Assembly (NCBI GenBank): GCA_964545065.1
Contig: CAZJEO010000001.1
Span: 128,663 to 192,662, forward strand
Reading direction: 5' to 3'
Length of the DNA: 64,000 bases
DNA from: Candidatus Woesearchaeota archaeon
GTDB lineage: Archaea > Nanobdellota > Nanobdellia > Pacearchaeales > GW2011-AR1
The notes under the pieces are model-generated. The model was given only the letters and a program-made list of their open reading frames with translations. It did no database searches and was not told where the DNA came from. The position numbers and the translations under genes are program-made. Within the stretch, counting starts at the first letter, position 1. Each line of letters begins with the position of its first letter. Shown one piece after another: positions 37,131 to 45,804 of the stretch.

Positions 37131-37556
37131 TCATTTCACAAAATCTCCCACAGAGTAACACAGTATATTATCCCAGGGAGGGAATTTCCTATATGATCTA
37201 AAAACAAAATAATCTATTCTTTTTTGATTTAGTTGAGTAAAAGCATTCTCAAGCTCTTTCCTATGCTTCTCAAAAAGCTCTCTTGTTCCTGCTGAAACAC
37301 CTCTCGCTTGAAAATAAGCTATCCCTCCATTACCTTTTACTATTTTTTGTCTTATTTGAATTAAATCAATCTCATATTCTTTTTTAAATCCTGCTTCTTC
37401 AAGGCGAAACCTAGGAGTCCAACCGTGAATTACTGGAAATGACTCATCAACAGAATGTTGTCCTAATTCAAATTCACAAAGGGGAGATTCTTTTAATTCA
37501 TCTTTCTCTGTATAAAAACTATATTTATTTTCTTCTTCAAACATATATATTTTCAT
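37131..37556 (-). CDS. hypothetical protein
   Basis: 141-aa ORF. No clear family. Confidence 0.4.
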   Translation of the reverse strand: MKIYMFEEENKYSFYTEKDELKESPLCEFELGQHSVDESFPVIHGWTPRFRLEEAGFKKEYEIDLIQIRQKIVKGNGGIAYFQARGVSAGTRELFEKHRKELENAFTQLNQKRIDYFVFRSYRKFPPWDNILCYSVGDFVK

Positions 37557-37627
37557 AAGAAATCTAATTTCTTTCTCTTTAAATAAAATTCTGATAATAA
37601 TATTCTTATAGGAATATTTATAAGGAG

Positions 37628-38188
37628 ATGATTATTCCATCTGTTATGGTCTTTGATATAAGTCAATTAAAAAATATTAGAAAACAATTAGGACTAACTC
37701 AGCATCAATTTGCTAGAGAAGCTGGAATCAGCCAAAGTATGCTTGCTAAAATAGAAGCTGGAAGACTTGATCCAACTTATTCTAAAGTCAAACAAATTGA
37801 AAAGGCATTAGAAAATTTAACAAAAGATTATGAGAAAAATGCTGAAGAGATTATGAATAAAAAGATTATCTCTGTTAGTCCAGATGAAAAAGTTTCGGGA
37901 ATAATAAAAATCATGAATAAAAAAGCGATCTCACAGATTCCAATTATAGATAAGTCAAAAGTAGTTGGAATGGTTTCTGAATCCACTATTTTATTAAAAG
38001 ATGTTAATGAATTAAACTCCTTAAATGCAGAAGAAGTCATGGATATTGCTCCACCAATAATTAATAAAAATGCAAAGATATTAGTAATCAAACAATTACT
38101 GAAATTTTACCCTCTTTTATTGATTGAGGAAAAAGGAAAATTAATTGGGTTAATCACTAAGGTTGATTTGATTAATAGTTTGATTTAA
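37628..38188 (+). CDS. XRE-family HTH regulator fused to tandem CBS domains
   Basis: LGLTQHQFAREAGISQSMLAKIE HTH followed by two CBS-like repeats. Confidence 0.6.
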   Translation: MIIPSVMVFDISQLKNIRKQLGLTQHQFAREAGISQSMLAKIEAGRLDPTYSKVKQIEKALENLTKDYEKNAEEIMNKKIISVSPDEKVSGIIKIMNKKAISQIPIIDKSKVVGMVSESTILLKDVNELNSLNAEEVMDIAPPIINKNAKILVIKQLLKFYPLLLIEEKGKLIGLITKVDLINSLI

Positions 38189-38202
38189 AGGAGAATCAGT
38201 AA

Positions 38203-38469
38203 TTATCCAAATATTTTTTCTATCTTATTATTTGCTGCTTGAGATTTAAGCATTTTATACAACGCCATTAAGTGAGTTTTAACACGTGTCTCATATTCTG
38301 GAGGATAAGATTTAGAACTTATTAGAATAGAATAAGCTACAAAACGATTTTCCTTTTCTATCTCATTATACCATTCATTAAGGTCGAGTTCTTTTAAATC
38401 TTGAATATATCCATTCAAGGTATTTTCATCAACAACAGGCAAACCTTCTCGGGTGGTTTTTTCTTTCAT
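38203..38469 (-). CDS. hypothetical protein
   Basis: 88-aa ORF. Confidence 0.3.
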   Translation of the reverse strand: MKEKTTREGLPVVDENTLNGYIQDLKELDLNEWYNEIEKENRFVAYSILISSKSYPPEYETRVKTHLMALYKMLKSQAANNKIEKIFG

Positions 38470-38524
38470 TAAAACAGAGAAGGTATTTTCTTTATAAATT
38501 TTATCTATTATGGGAGATTGGTAG

Positions 38525-38559
38525 AGTGCAATAATTCTTTTAAAGAATCTTTCTAATTA
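38525..38559 (+). promoter_or_regulatory. 35-nt promoter-like repeat AGTGCAATAATTCTTTTAAAGAATCTTTCTAATTA (copy 1)
   Basis: Exact second copy at 38962-38996, with a partial copy (TAGTGCAATAAT) at 39329-39340. Contains a palindromic TTCTTTTAAAGAA around a TATA-like centre, just upstream of the starts at 38565 and 39004. Confidence 0.5.
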
Positions 38560-38564
38560 TTTTT

Positions 38565-38963
38565 ATGGCGAAAAAAAGTTTTTCATTATCTAAAGACCAA
38601 GTTCCGCTAGGAGTAAAAGTTCATGTCCCTGGAAATTCAAGAGGGATTGTTAAGTTAATTAAAGATTATATTGAATTTGTTTCATTCTATTATGCAGACG
38701 ATGGAGAAAAATTTAATCCTCCAGAAAATGCTAGGTTCTTGCCAAGTGAACAAATTGATTTAGAAGATACTCGAGATAATACAACATATGTCTTGTTGAG
38801 AAGAGGCCTAAAACGAGTAATAAGTATGCATGGCAAATTGCTTGATGATGGTTCTAAATCAAAGAAATTTAGAGAACCAATTTACCCTCGGGGCAAAGTA
38901 AAACTTGCTCAAGTTGGTGGAACATTTTATAGTAGCTATGAATTTGGGCAACCAAAACATTAG
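38565..38963 (+). CDS. hypothetical protein
   Basis: 132-aa ORF preceded by the 35-nt repeat. Confidence 0.4.
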   Translation: MAKKSFSLSKDQVPLGVKVHVPGNSRGIVKLIKDYIEFVSFYYADDGEKFNPPENARFLPSEQIDLEDTRDNTTYVLLRRGLKRVISMHGKLLDDGSKSKKFREPIYPRGKVKLAQVGGTFYSSYEFGQPKH

Positions 38964-38996
38964 TGCAATAATTCTTTTAAAGAATCTTTCTAATTA
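38962..38996 (+). promoter_or_regulatory. 35-nt promoter-like repeat (copy 2)
   Basis: Exact duplicate of 38525-38559. Confidence 0.5.
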
Positions 38997-39003
38997 AATT
39001 AAT

Positions 39004-39309
39004 ATGATAAGCTGGGAAGGATATGCTTTAAGCCTCTGCGAATTTGAGGTTTTAGTAACAGATAAATCTCATAAAAGATATGGGCAGAGAGGAAGGATAA
39101 CAGCACACCATGGTTGTAGGGGAAAAGGAAGTTATGATATTAAATTTGTGGACGACGAGGGAATAGAAGTTGAAGAAGAATTTTCTGGGAAATATGGTGA
39201 TGATCCACAAGGTACAAAAATGTTTTATAGGTATGATAATGATTTGGGAGCGATTTTTGATAAAGAGGGTCGAGGACCAAATAGTTTGGCTAGAGAGCTG
39301 TTGAGGTAA
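39004..39309 (+). CDS. hypothetical protein
   Basis: 101-aa ORF preceded by the 35-nt repeat. Confidence 0.4.
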   Translation: MISWEGYALSLCEFEVLVTDKSHKRYGQRGRITAHHGCRGKGSYDIKFVDDEGIEVEEEFSGKYGDDPQGTKMFYRYDNDLGAIFDKEGRGPNSLARELLR

Positions 39310-39417
39310 TAGAAGAAAAAGAATTAGTATAGTGCAATAATCATAACCAAAACATTTTTAAATCTAAATTATCATTAAATTATATCAAATTTTCTGTTTG
39401 AAAATTTATATATTAAC

Positions 39418-40704
39418 ATGGCAAAAGAAAAACCAAACATGAACGTTGTGTTCGTAGGGCACGTTGACGCTGGAAAGTCAACTTGTGTAGGTAGACTTTT
39501 GTTCGATAGTGGTGCTGTTTCTGAACAGGAAATGAAAAAGTTAAAGGAAGAGGCTGAAAAGCATGGTAAAGTAGGTTTTGAATTCGCTTATGTTATGGAT
39601 AAAATTAAAGAAGAAAGAGAAAGAGGGGTTACAATTGACTTAGCTTATAGGAAGATTTTAACTGATAAATTCCAAATCACAATTATTGACGCTCCAGGTC
39701 ACAGAGACTTTGTTAAGAATATGATTACTGGTGCTTCACAAGCTGACGCTGCATTCTTAGTTATTGCTGCTAAATCTGGTGTTCAACCGCAAACAACAGA
39801 ACACTTATGGTTATTGAGAACAATGGGTGTTCAAAATGTTGTAGTTGCTATTAACAAAATGGATGAAGTTGAATATAAAGAAGAAACATTCAACAAAGTT
39901 AAAGAAGATGTTTCTAAATTATTGAATCAGGTTGGTATAAAATCTGAGAACACAGAGTTCTTAGCTGTTAGTGGTTTACAAGGAGATAATGTTGCTAAGA
40001 AATCAGACAAGATGGCTTGGTATAAAGGACCAACAATTCTTGAACAATTTGATAAATTTCCACGACCAGAATTACCTACTAACTTGTCAATGAGAATGCC
40101 TGTACAGGATGTTTATGAAATTACTGGTATTGGTACTGTTCCTGTCGGAAAAATTGAAACAGGTATTATGAAAGTTGGACAAAAAGTTAAAGTACTTCCT
40201 GGAAGAACTGGAAAAGGAATTGACGGTGAAGTTAAGACAATAGAAATGCACCATGAAACACTTTCACAAGCAGATGCAGGAGATAATGTTGGAATAAATG
40301 TTAGAGGGGTAGGAAAGAAAGACATAGCGAGAGGAGATGTTATCTGTGACGCTGCTCATCCGATTCCTGTTGTTGAAGAATTCATTGCTCAAATTGCAGT
40401 AATAAATCATCCAACTGTTTTAGCTAAAGGTTATACACCTGTATTTCATGTTCACACAGCTCAAGTTCCTTGTCAATTTGTTGAACTTATTTCTCAAATT
40501 GATCCAAAGACAGGAGAAGTTATAAAAGAAAATCCAGACTTTTTGAAGAATGGAGATGTTGCTAAGGTTAGACTTAAACCTGCAGGAAACTTATGCTTAG
40601 AAACACAAAAAGACAATCCATTTATGTCAAGATTCGCTATAAGAGACGCAGGTCAAACTGTGGCTGCTGGAATGTGTATGGAAATTGTTAAGACTAAGGA
40701 ATGA
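39418..40704 (+). CDS. tuf: elongation factor 1-alpha (aEF-1A)
   Basis: [17 protein letters not shown] and NKMD G-motifs. Confidence 0.95.
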   Translation: MAKEKPNMNVVFVGHVDAGKSTCVGRLLFDSGAVSEQEMKKLKEEAEKHGKVGFEFAYVMDKIKEERERGVTIDLAYRKILTDKFQITIIDAPGHRDFVKNMITGASQADAAFLVIAAKSGVQPQTTEHLWLLRTMGVQNVVVAINKMDEVEYKEETFNKVKEDVSKLLNQVGIKSENTEFLAVSGLQGDNVAKKSDKMAWYKGPTILEQFDKFPRPELPTNLSMRMPVQDVYEITGIGTVPVGKIETGIMKVGQKVKVLPGRTGKGIDGEVKTIEMHHETLSQADAGDNVGINVRGVGKKDIARGDVICDAAHPIPVVEEFIAQIAVINHPTVLAKGYTPVFHVHTAQVPCQFVELISQIDPKTGEVIKENPDFLKNGDVAKVRLKPAGNLCLETQKDNPFMSRFAIRDAGQTVAAGMCMEIVKTKE

Positions 40705-40907
40705 TTCTTGGAGATAAAATGGAACAAATAAATTCAAACAATCAATTAGATACATATATGGGATTAGATAGTGGGAGATTAGAAGGACTTTCTGGAGAAG
40801 AGTTGGATGGAGTGGTTTTACAGACAGGTCATTTTGAATCGGTTTCAGAAAAAAGGTATGGTTTTTGGCAGTATGGTTCTTTTGAAGAATATCCAAAAAA
40901 AGGGTAA
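40701..40907 (+). CDS. hypothetical small protein (not S10)
   Basis: 68-aa ORF overlapping the tuf stop. Confidence 0.3.
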   Translation: MILGDKMEQINSNNQLDTYMGLDSGRLEGLSGEELDGVVLQTGHFESVSEKRYGFWQYGSFEEYPKKG

Positions 40908-40976
40908 GACTGAGGAGTAAGTAAGTATATTTTTTACTGCAATTATATTTTTAAATAATTAATTTAGATTATTAAT

Positions 40977-41270
40977 ATGAGACAGATGAATCCTATTTTT
41001 ATACCAGAAAGTTATGAAAAAACTAACAATGGTGAGATGACATTCTATGGTCATCGATTGATACAAGGAAAAGATATTAGACTTATAGAGCATTTTGATG
41101 AAGAAGGGTTCATGCGGGCAGTTAATGTTTGGGGAATTTGTAGACCCTTAAAAAAATCTAATGGTGGTTTTGTTGCCTTGGACGAGAATATTGATATGGA
41201 AACTATGAGAGAATTAAGAGAACCTATTGAAGCCATGTATCCTAAACAAATTAATATAACCTTTTATTAA
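40977..41270 (+). CDS. hypothetical protein
   Basis: 97-aa ORF. Confidence 0.35.
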   Translation: MRQMNPIFIPESYEKTNNGEMTFYGHRLIQGKDIRLIEHFDEEGFMRAVNVWGICRPLKKSNGGFVALDENIDMETMRELREPIEAMYPKQINITFY

Positions 41271-41445
41271 TCAAAACTTTTAAAAACCAACTTCTACATT
41301 AAATTATACTAGGAAAGTATCACGTTGATATTATTATCACATTCACATTCAGTTTATTTTCATGAAGTAGTGAGAGAAAGAAGTATGAGATATTTTTCTA
41401 TATGAAATCATAAGATTTTGTAAAATTAAATACGGAGAAAAAAAC

Positions 41446-42573
41446 ATGGCAAAAATAAGTCCAGCATCGATCAAGTATATGATACATGCTCTTTTTATGG
41501 CTGAAGGTGCCTTAGAAAAACCTGACGTAATCGGAGCTCTATTCGGGCAAACAGAAGGTTTGTTAGGTTCTGACCTTGAAATGCGAGATTTGCAGAAAGA
41601 AGGAAAGATTGGAAGAATCGAAGTTGATTTGCAAAGAGAAGGTAAGAGAACAACTGGCGTTATCAAGATTCCTACTGCATTGGATCAATCAGAAACAACT
41701 CTAATTGGCGCGGCTATAGAAACTATTGAAAGAATAGGTCCTTGCGATTCTCAAATCGAAGTTGAAAGAATTGAAGATGTTAGAGGAAGCAAGAGAGATT
41801 ATATCCTTGAAAGAGCTAAAAAATTGATGCAAGAAATTTCAGGTTCTACAAATTCAAGAGAGATTTCTGAAGAGATTAAAGGTTCTTCAAGAATGAACGA
41901 TTTAACAGAGTATGGAAAGTCAAAACTTCCTTGTGGAGATTTATATGGAAACGAAGTTATAGTTGTTGAAGGAAGAGCAGATGTCTTGAATTTAATCAGA
42001 AATGGCGTTAAGAATGTAATTGCAATGAACGGGACAAAACTTCCTGATGAAATCAGAGAACTTGGTGAGAAGAAAGAACTCACTTTATTTGTTGATGGAG
42101 ATAGGGGAGGAAAGTTGATTACTCAAAATGTCCTTGACAATACGCGAGTTGCTTATATTGCAACAGCTCCTGATGGAAAAGAAGTTGAAGAGCTTACTGG
42201 AAAGGAAATTTTAATGGCTTTGAGAAAGAAAACTCTTGTTAAAGGATTTTCAAAAAGCGAAGCTAAAGTTGAATCTTCTGAAAGTTTTGAATTAAGTGAA
42301 GAAGATAAAGCTAAGCTTAAAGAAATCTCAGAGGCAAACGAAGGAACTGAAAAAGCAATTCTTTTGGATGGATCTTTAAACGAGATTAAGAAAGTTTCTG
42401 TGAAGAGTTTGAATGGCACTTTGAGAAGAACAAAAGAAGATGCTTTGATTCTTGTGATTGATGGAACTGTTACTAGTTCAACAATTAGTGCAGCTGAAGA
42501 AGCTAAGTGTAAAGTTATTGCGGCTAAAAACTTCGCGACAACTGATACAAATATTCAATTATTAAGTTTTTAA
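41446..42573 (+). CDS. dnaG: archaeal DnaG-type primase (TOPRIM)
   Basis: N-terminus ALFMAEGALEKPDVIGALFGQTEGLLGSDLEMRDLQKEGKIGRIEV matches archaeal DnaG. TOPRIM segment VIVVEGRADVLNL...FVDGDRGG. Confidence 0.75.
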   Translation: MAKISPASIKYMIHALFMAEGALEKPDVIGALFGQTEGLLGSDLEMRDLQKEGKIGRIEVDLQREGKRTTGVIKIPTALDQSETTLIGAAIETIERIGPCDSQIEVERIEDVRGSKRDYILERAKKLMQEISGSTNSREISEEIKGSSRMNDLTEYGKSKLPCGDLYGNEVIVVEGRADVLNLIRNGVKNVIAMNGTKLPDEIRELGEKKELTLFVDGDRGGKLITQNVLDNTRVAYIATAPDGKEVEELTGKEILMALRKKTLVKGFSKSEAKVESSESFELSEEDKAKLKEISEANEGTEKAILLDGSLNEIKKVSVKSLNGTLRRTKEDALILVIDGTVTSSTISAAEEAKCKVIAAKNFATTDTNIQLLSF

Positions 42574-42582
42574 TTTTCTAAT

Positions 42583-42616
42583 AGCCCCTTCGGGGGCTTT
42601 TTTTATTTTTTTATTT
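42583..42616 (+). terminator. GC hairpin AGCCCC-TTCG-GGGGCT followed by a T-run
   Basis: Perfect 6-bp stem with a tetraloop, followed by TTTTTTTATTTTTTTATTTT, 10 nt after the dnaG stop. Confidence 0.5.
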
Positions 42617-42841
42617 TAGCTGCTCGCCGAAGGCTTCGCAGATATGGAGGAAGAGATAATGTGGAAACGCTGGGTTAACTATTGAATGCGGATTTAGATT
42701 ATCAGTTTTATTTCAAGCGAGTTTATGAGCGAGCAAACATCCAAGTGAACATCCCGAAATAAATTCACTCCATGTTCCTCACATTTAGTACTATAGAATA
42801 ACCATATTTTGTTGTCACCATAAAGTTTATAAAACAATTTT

Positions 42842-44029
42842 ATGTATGCAGATTACAGAAAACTAAGCTTTTCTGCAATTAAATACAAAATGAGAAAAAA
42901 AATGCAAACTAAAAAAGTTTTAATTTCTTTTTTAGCAATCGCAACTCTTTTATTCGCAGTAGCTATGGTTAGTGCTGCAGAAATAACTACAAACGCAGCT
43001 GTTGAAATCAATGGTGTTGATGTTGCAACTCATAACCTCAGTGTTATTGCTGGGGAAACAATTTCTGTGAAAGTTTCTTTTACATCTGATGTGGATGCAT
43101 CTAATGTAAGAATTGAAGCAGATCTTGAAGCTGACAAGGAAAGTGTTGATGCTGTAACTACTTCTTTTGATGTTAAAGTCGGAAAAAGATATGTTAAAAC
43201 ATTGACTCTTGTTGTTCCTTATGAGCTTAATGATGAAGTTAGTGATGATGTAACTCTTGACCTTAAGATTTTGAATGGAGATGACGAAACTGATTTAGCA
43301 GATATTGTTTTAACAACTCAAAGACCTTCATACAATACAGATATTGAAATACTTGCAGGCAACACACTTGAAGCTGGAAGAATTTCACCAATAGGTATTG
43401 TTTTGAAAAATGTTGGTTATAATGACTTAGAAGGCCTTAAGGTTACTGTTAGAATTTCTGAATTAGATGATATTTCTAACACAGTTTACTTTGGAGACTT
43501 AGTAGCAATTGGAGATGAAGATTATGAGGATACTATAAGTGACACAATTTACTTAACAATTCCTTATGATGTTACAGCTGGAGTTTACACTCTTGAAGTA
43601 GAAGTTGAAAACGACGATGGTTTACTCGGAACTGACGAAAGATCAGTTGCTGTGCAAAACGGTTTTCCTGAAGTTGGTATAAAATCTGGAGATAATTTAT
43701 TGGTTCTGAACCCTAGTAACCAATTGAGATATTACAGAGTAGTTTATCCGGCAGAAGAAGTAATCGTTGTTGTTCAACCACAATCAAGCAAGATAGTTCC
43801 AATAGAAACTCAAAGCGGAGAATACAATTTCGATGTTTTGATCTTTTCTGGAGATAAACTTGTCGGAACAGTTAATTTCAGTGGAGTTGAAGATGCAGAA
43901 TTAGCAAGCCCAATTGTCTTATTGACAGTTATCTTAGGAATAATCTTCCTAGTATTGTTAGTTGTGTTGATTGTTTTAATAACAAAGAAACCCCAAAAAA
44001 CTGAAGAGTTCGGCGAAAGCTACTACTAA
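42842..44029 (+). CDS. secreted surface protein with C-terminal TM anchor
   Basis: N-terminal signal/TM region, Thr/Val/Asp-rich beta-type repeats, C-terminal hydrophobic anchor followed by KKPQK. Confidence 0.5.
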   Translation: MYADYRKLSFSAIKYKMRKKMQTKKVLISFLAIATLLFAVAMVSAAEITTNAAVEINGVDVATHNLSVIAGETISVKVSFTSDVDASNVRIEADLEADKESVDAVTTSFDVKVGKRYVKTLTLVVPYELNDEVSDDVTLDLKILNGDDETDLADIVLTTQRPSYNTDIEILAGNTLEAGRISPIGIVLKNVGYNDLEGLKVTVRISELDDISNTVYFGDLVAIGDEDYEDTISDTIYLTIPYDVTAGVYTLEVEVENDDGLLGTDERSVAVQNGFPEVGIKSGDNLLVLNPSNQLRYYRVVYPAEEVIVVVQPQSSKIVPIETQSGEYNFDVLIFSGDKLVGTVNFSGVEDAELASPIVLLTVILGIIFLVLLVVLIVLITKKPQKTEEFGESYY

Positions 44030-44142
44030 ATAAATTTTTATTTTTTTTATTTTTTTATTATATTAATAAAAAAGAGAGGTGATTTTTTTTATTATACTCT
44101 AGTTGGTACTGTGTTTAAATATGAAAAGATTGGGATAGAAAT

Positions 44143-44586
44143 ATGAAAGACTTGGTTAAGAAAGTTTTGAATGGGGGGAAGAAATCTGTGAAGGAAAGAT
44201 TTAATTATCAAAATCTAAAAGAAACCTTGGTTAATGTTGGCCTTGTGTGGTCTGGGTTTAAGGTTTCTAGTGTTACTTGTGCTTTTTTTGGGGGAGAATT
44301 AAACAGGTATAATACTGATGAACATCTTATGGCAGGAGCGGGAATTGGAACATTATTTGGGGGAGGAGTATATGGATTTCTTGTGAGCACAGCAGGTAAT
44401 ATTCTTTGGGAAGTTCTTGAAAACAAGCGAGATTTATATGGGGCTAAAGATTCACCAGTTAATTTGATTACAGATGTTATGGCGATTTATGTTGGTACCA
44501 TGATTCTTGCTCCTTTGATTGAGAAGGGTAAGGAAGCTATCGAATATAGAATGGAAAGAGGAAAAGAGGGGTTACTTAGGAAATAA
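44143..44586 (+). CDS. Gly-rich membrane protein, hypothetical
   Basis: 147-aa ORF with glycine-zipper-like segments. Confidence 0.4.
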   Translation: MKDLVKKVLNGGKKSVKERFNYQNLKETLVNVGLVWSGFKVSSVTCAFFGGELNRYNTDEHLMAGAGIGTLFGGGVYGFLVSTAGNILWEVLENKRDLYGAKDSPVNLITDVMAIYVGTMILAPLIEKGKEAIEYRMERGKEGLLRK

Positions 44587-44745
44587 TTACTGCTTCGCAA
44601 ATTATCTGGCTCACAATTAACTCTATCTAATCGTTCGCTAAAAAAATTCTATTAATCCAATATCAGAATTATTATGAAGAACCTTGATGAAGTCTGGTTC
44701 TGAATTTTATCAATAAGCCGAGCGACTTTGGAGCGAAGCGAATTC

Positions 44746-45360
44746 TCAATCATCCAAAAGAGGCACAAATACAAAACCAGGAAATTCTTTTTTTAAGGTT
44801 AACTTGTTGTTTATTTTCTTGAATGATGTTAATGATTTATCTTGGCCAATCCCCAAGGGTGCGACAATGATTCCATTGTTTTTTAGCTGTGAAATAAGTT
44901 TGGGAGGAATTTCTTGATATCCTGCACTAATAATTATTCTATCAAAAGGGGCTTGCTCTGGTAAACCTTGCATTCCATTTTTATTGTAAACTTTGACATT
45001 GTTGTAGTTGGCTAAGGACTTTCTTGAGTGCTCTGCCAGTTGTTTTATTCTTTCAATTCCATAAACTTTTCCCTTATTTCCTATTATTTCTGAAATTAGG
45101 GCTAAAACATAACCGCTTCCAGAACCTATCTCTAAAACTTTCTGTCCTTTTTTTAAATCAAGGAGCGAGAGCATCATTGCGATTGTGTATGGTTGAGAAA
45201 TTGTTTGAGTTTGTGCTATTGGTAATGCAATATCTTCATAAGCATGTTTTTTTAATTCATTAGGTAAAAAATCTTCTCTTTTAACTTTTTCAAAAGCTGC
45301 CAGGATTTGGGCTGAAAAACCCCTTTGTTTTAGGGATTGGATGAGTTGGGTTTTGTTCAT
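44746..45360 (-). CDS. pcm: protein-L-isoaspartate O-methyltransferase
   Basis: VLEIGSGSGYVLALISE motif I and PIMT family length. Confidence 0.85.
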   Translation of the reverse strand: MNKTQLIQSLKQRGFSAQILAAFEKVKREDFLPNELKKHAYEDIALPIAQTQTISQPYTIAMMLSLLDLKKGQKVLEIGSGSGYVLALISEIIGNKGKVYGIERIKQLAEHSRKSLANYNNVKVYNKNGMQGLPEQAPFDRIIISAGYQEIPPKLISQLKNNGIIVAPLGIGQDKSLTSFKKINNKLTLKKEFPGFVFVPLLDD

Positions 45361-45556
45361 GTAATTGATAGGAAAAGGAGATAGATAAATTTATTGGATA
45401 TTAGCTGCTTCTAAGATTAATGGCTCAACATCGGCTTTCAGACACGATGTTTCGCTAAGAATATAATTAATGTGAAAGAAATTTATTACGCTGATTATTA
45501 GATTATCAGTTTATTAATTTGCGAATGTTAATGAGCAAGAATTTTTTATTATCAAA

Positions 45557-45804
45557 CCTTCAAACTAACTATCTTACTAATTCCATCATGCATTTGCAGA
45601 CAACCCGCTGGTTTTCTTTACTCAAGCCCACACTCGTTTCTGTGGATTAGACTCGTGTAAACTCTCGGACTTTCCTCCCCCCAAGGGATGATTCTGGTGA
45701 ACCTCAAAGCATTGAACCCGATTTCTAATGCAATCCGGTGAAATCGCGAGCATGATGGGAATTTATACCTTTAAACTAACTATTTTTGAGATGCCATCAT
45801 GCAT
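45557..45804. mobile_element. mini-element copy B at the smc 3' end: a 37-nt direct duplication encoding the smc C-terminus, flanking a ~174-nt insert with the CCCCAAGGGATGA core
   Basis: DR1 45557-45593 and DR2 45768-45804 (28/37 nt identical). Both translate on the minus strand to MHDGISKIVSLKV-stop. The insert shares GCCCACACTC, CGTGTAAACTCT and the core with copy C. Confidence 0.65.
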
